NCBI GenBank assembly: GCA_963805855.1
Contig: CAWDVW010000005.1
Location: forward strand, 128,001 to 192,000
From: Candidatus Dadabacteria bacterium
GTDB lineage: Bacteria > Desulfobacterota_D > UBA1144 > Nemesobacterales > CSP1-2
DNA length: 64,000 bases
Direction: 5' to 3'
Shown: piece by piece, positions 60,593-64,000 of the stretch
Layout of the letters: each line of letters opens with the position of its first letter
Numbering within the stretch: the stretch's first letter is position 1
The notes under the pieces: generated by a model
The model's input: the letters and a program-made list of their open reading frames with translations, nothing else
Database searches by the model: none
What the model was told of the DNA's origin: nothing
Translations under genes and position numbers: made by a program

Positions 60593-63382
60593 TCACAGGA
60601 AATACTCATCATAGATCCTTCTTATTTCTTCGGTCTTGAGAATATAGGTCTTCCTCAATTCATCTCCGTCATCTGTCAATTCCATCTCGGCTGCCAGTTT
60701 TTGGAAATCGGATTCATAAACTTCACTAATCGATCTGTCATGAAGAAGCCTGAGTACGTTTTCTAATCTTTTTAGGAAGTAATATCCATCATTCAACACA
60801 TGATAAAACCTTTCGTTGGTTAAATCACACGATTTCAAGCCCTTCAGCGCTTCCATTGTATTCTGCCGCCTTACCTCGATGTGCGAACCACCGAACCTTA
60901 GCTGAAGCATCTGTATAATAAACTCAATATCTACAAGACCACCCCTACCGGTTTTCAGGTTCAACTTGGTCTTACTTTCCCTTGCTATCTCTTTCTCCAT
61001 TCTCTCGCGCAAGTGATGAATCTCTTTGTGAAAATCGTCCGCAAGGGTATTTTCATAAACAAAATAATTTATTATGTTCATCACTTTGCTGCCCAATTGC
61101 ATATTGCCTGCAGATGGCCTTGCTTTGATCAAGGCCTGCCTCTCCCAAAGTTTTGCACTCTCTTCATGATATCTTTTGAACGATTCGAAAGAAGAAACGA
61201 GCGCTCCCGCCCTGCCCGACGGCCTCAATCCCAAATCGATCTTATAGACAAAACCTTCGACTGTCGGAATCGAGAGGATAGATATTATTTTCTGTCCCAG
61301 CCTCGAGAAATATTCTTGATCATCTCCATCATAAATAAAAGTAATATCAAGATCGGAGTTATAGCTCATCTCTATACCGCCGAGCTTTCCCATCCCTATT
61401 ATTACGATATCAGAGGAATTCGCATCCATACCATGCTTTCCGGAATTGGATCCCACCAATTCATATGCGAGTCGGATTGCAATTTCCAGTGAAGCCTCGG
61501 CAATCCTTGTCAGACACCTGCCAACATATAACGAATCAACTTCGTCATTTAAATCCCTGAGGCAAAGTTTTAATGTCTCTGTGTTTTTAAACCTTCTGAT
61601 CGCGTTGAGCTTCCCTTCATAGGAATCCTCCTGATGTATAAGGTTTCTAAGTTCCTCCACCATCTCTTCTTTTGTCTCATATTCCCTTCTCGAATCTTTT
61701 AGAGTTACCACATCCAGATACTCGGGGTGCCTTATTAAGAAATTCGATAGGAAACCACTTGTGGAAAAGAGCCTTGAGAGAAGGTGGAGTATCTCAGGGT
61801 TTTCAGCAAGAATCGCGTAAATGGACGTACGCCAGCCAATGCATGATATGAACCTTTCAATGTTACGTAGCGCTGAATCGGGATCCGATGAGTGCAAAAT
61901 GTTCTTCAAAAAAGCAGGAATTACCCTTCTTGCAAGCATCCTTCCTCGTTGCGTGAGACCACCCTTTTTCGGGTCGAGAAGTACATTGATAATCTGAATT
62001 GAACCCTCTGGGTCACTGAACCCAAGTCCCCTTAGACTCTCTAAGGCTTGCTCCTCAGTTACGTTACCCTCGGTCAAGAAATCAGCGAGTTCCCAGAATC
62101 CCCTTCCCTCTTCTTCTACCTTCTTTGAGGGCTCATAAAAAAGCTGATCAAATATTTCCGATACCTTTGAGGTTCTGTAAGCATATGCCATCTCAAGATC
62201 GTCTACATTCTCGAAGCCAAGGCTTCTCGAAATCATTTGGAGACTACTCGATTCCGCGGGCACTCTATGGGTTTGAAGCTCATCTACCAACTGTATCGCA
62301 TGCTCAACCCTTCTTAAAAAAAGGTAAGAGGAAATTAAATCTTCACTATCTTCCCTCTGTATAAGTTTCTTTTTAGACAGCATTTTAAGCGCTTTTATAG
62401 TATTTTTTTCCCTAATCTCATGTACCGCTCCGCCGTTTACCAGTTGAAGGGCTTGGACAAAAAACTCCACATTCCTTATGCCCCCTTTGCCCAATTTCAC
62501 ATCCCTTTTCAAGCTAAGCCCTTCGAGTTTGGTCTTCATATCTTTTAAGTCCTCAATAGATGCATAATCCAGAAACTTCTTATACACAAAGGGTTCCACC
62601 TGTTTAACAAACTTGTCCCCAAGGGAAATATCACCGGCTACCGGTCTGGCCTTTATAAGGGCAGCCCTCTCCCATGTATCCCCCCAGTAAAAATAGTGTT
62701 CTAATGCCCCATCCAGTGAAACAGCGATCGTGCTTTTACCACCACCAGGGCGAAGACCCAGATCAACCCTATAGACAAAACCGTCTTCTGTAACAGAGCT
62801 GACGGCTTTAGTTAACCTTTCGGCTAGCTTAAAGAATGGATCGGGGTCTCCGGAATCCTGATAGAGATATATTAGATCGATGTCCGAGCTTAGGTTAAGC
62901 TCCCTACCTCCGAGTTTTCCCATCGCGATGATTACGAATTCACCATCTTCAGTGCTTTGGAGATCGTTGTTGTAAAACCTAAAGACCGACTCCAGTATGG
63001 CACTCGCAAGATCTGAAAGCTCTTCCATTATTTCGGGGAACTCGCCTAAAGCTTTAATATCCCTGTAAATGATCCTGCACAGCTCACTGTATTTGTATTT
63101 CCTTATTTCTGAGATAAATTGATCCCGTCGTTCTAGGCCTCCCTGCATACCGACGGTTTCCTCAATAAACGCGTCAAGTGGTTTTTTATTTCCCACAAAA
63201 TCTGAATCAACTAAGGATCCTAAAATGCCGGGATATCGGATTACAGCCCTTCCAAGAAAATGGCTATAAGAGGATAACAAAAAAAGCAAGTCCTCTTCAC
63301 TTGAGGTCATCTTGCCATTAACTTCTTTAAATCTCTGAACAGTGATTTCGGCGTAAGATTTGTCTGGAACGGGTTTAATCAA
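60593..63382 (-). CDS. glnE: Bifunctional glutamine synthetase adenylyltransferase/adenylyl-removing enzyme
   Basis: Two MGKLGG..(L/M)..SD.D domains, D..LRP, WER.ALIKAR; likely TTG start at 63382 behind GAGGA. Confidence 0.93.
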   Translation of the reverse strand: MIKPVPDKSYAEITVQRFKEVNGKMTSSEEDLLFLLSSYSHFLGRAVIRYPGILGSLVDSDFVGNKKPLDAFIEETVGMQGGLERRDQFISEIRKYKYSELCRIIYRDIKALGEFPEIMEELSDLASAILESVFRFYNNDLQSTEDGEFVIIAMGKLGGRELNLSSDIDLIYLYQDSGDPDPFFKLAERLTKAVSSVTEDGFVYRVDLGLRPGGGKSTIAVSLDGALEHYFYWGDTWERAALIKARPVAGDISLGDKFVKQVEPFVYKKFLDYASIEDLKDMKTKLEGLSLKRDVKLGKGGIRNVEFFVQALQLVNGGAVHEIREKNTIKALKMLSKKKLIQREDSEDLISSYLFLRRVEHAIQLVDELQTHRVPAESSSLQMISRSLGFENVDDLEMAYAYRTSKVSEIFDQLFYEPSKKVEEEGRGFWELADFLTEGNVTEEQALESLRGLGFSDPEGSIQIINVLLDPKKGGLTQRGRMLARRVIPAFLKNILHSSDPDSALRNIERFISCIGWRTSIYAILAENPEILHLLSRLFSTSGFLSNFLIRHPEYLDVVTLKDSRREYETKEEMVEELRNLIHQEDSYEGKLNAIRRFKNTETLKLCLRDLNDEVDSLYVGRCLTRIAEASLEIAIRLAYELVGSNSGKHGMDANSSDIVIIGMGKLGGIEMSYNSDLDITFIYDGDDQEYFSRLGQKIISILSIPTVEGFVYKIDLGLRPSGRAGALVSSFESFKRYHEESAKLWERQALIKARPSAGNMQLGSKVMNIINYFVYENTLADDFHKEIHHLRERMEKEIARESKTKLNLKTGRGGLVDIEFIIQMLQLRFGGSHIEVRRQNTMEALKGLKSCDLTNERFYHVLNDGYYFLKRLENVLRLLHDRSISEVYESDFQKLAAEMELTDDGDELRKTYILKTEEIRRIYDEYFL

Positions 63383-63662
63383 TCTTGATCTTCCTCGACT
63401 TCTTTCTTGACCTATCGGTCGACTCCGACTTGTATTCTCTGACCTGTTTAACAATCTCGGGAAGGCTCGTCATAAAACCAATCCCCAATCCTATAAACCT
63501 GCCTGTTAAATTGAAGAAGAGCTCTTTACCATCTGACTCCCTCAGCAGATTCCTCAGACCCTTAACAGCATATTCAACGCCTAAAATGCCTTCGGTAGTT
63601 GCCCTTACCAGATGCTCCCCGGCCTTTTTTAATTCATCTTGTTTTTTCTTTTTCTTTGCCAT
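63375..63662 (-). CDS. Hypothetical protein (95 aa), apparently coupled to glnE
   Basis: ATG start, basic termini, stop overlaps the inferred glnE start. Confidence 0.6.
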   Translation of the reverse strand: MAKKKKKQDELKKAGEHLVRATTEGILGVEYAVKGLRNLLRESDGKELFFNLTGRFIGLGIGFMTSLPEIVKQVREYKSESTDRSRKKSRKIKID

Positions 63663-64000
63663 GTCTCAACGAATTTTATAAAAGCTCTTGAAGTATAAAT
63701 AAATTAGATCCCCGCTCATAAATATTAATATAATATACTTGATTTATTGATACTGGAAATAGACATAGACATACTTGCCCTTCCACCATGGATTGCGGTC
63801 TTTTACGCTGTAATGTTTATTCTCAATAATTTATTTTGTAGAATGTAAAGTTGTCGGATAAATAATAAACCTACATTGGTTGGATCTAAATATGTGCTTA
63901 GGATTAGATTCACGACTCAAGAACCTGCTTAGAAAACCAAGATAATGTTTCTCAACAATTGGAATTCGTTTCTTTTATGTGTTTTGTTTGTATCTTGCGT

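Noticed and set aside
63383..63454. Extended glnE N-terminus from the ORF track
   Set aside because: It overlaps the upstream gene; the TTG at 63382 has an RBS and fits translational coupling.

Overview
Bacterial chromosomal window, AT-rich by eye. Gene content is deltaproteobacteria-like (CarD, A2-type caa3 oxidase, mreBCD-mrdA-rodA, GlnE); a Ca. Dadabacteria/Desulfobacterota-like host is a guess, not verified. About 1-31 kb and 52.8-64 kb are housekeeping and metabolic genes: rng, rpsU, idh, mce, tatA, a histone H1-like protein, gdh, cls, trxB, ygfZ, the mre cluster, the sco-coxBACD-ctaAB operon, an orphan nuoF, lhgO, carD, DUF58/BatA and glnE. About 31.5-52.7 kb is an accessory region dense in REP-like palindromes. 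It holds an ArsR-SRPBCC-SRPBCC-tandem-barrel operon with a perfect operator, and a REC-PAS-REC-LuxR regulator followed by TAGTAC boxes and a mosaic Cys-rich surface protein with a high-GC FGE-like module. It also holds a small secreted Cys-rich protein, an IS481 element inserted into the loop of a REP hairpin (an empty copy lies 800 bp upstream), a YefM-YoeB pair, a cytochrome P460-like gene and a 214-bp relic of a RAYT transposase bounded by GGGGTCAG ends. Five genes between 31 and 50 kb carry 12 single-base frameshifts, probably sequencing error. No rRNA, tRNA, CRISPR array or reverse transcriptase was seen. All family calls come from motif recognition, not database searches.
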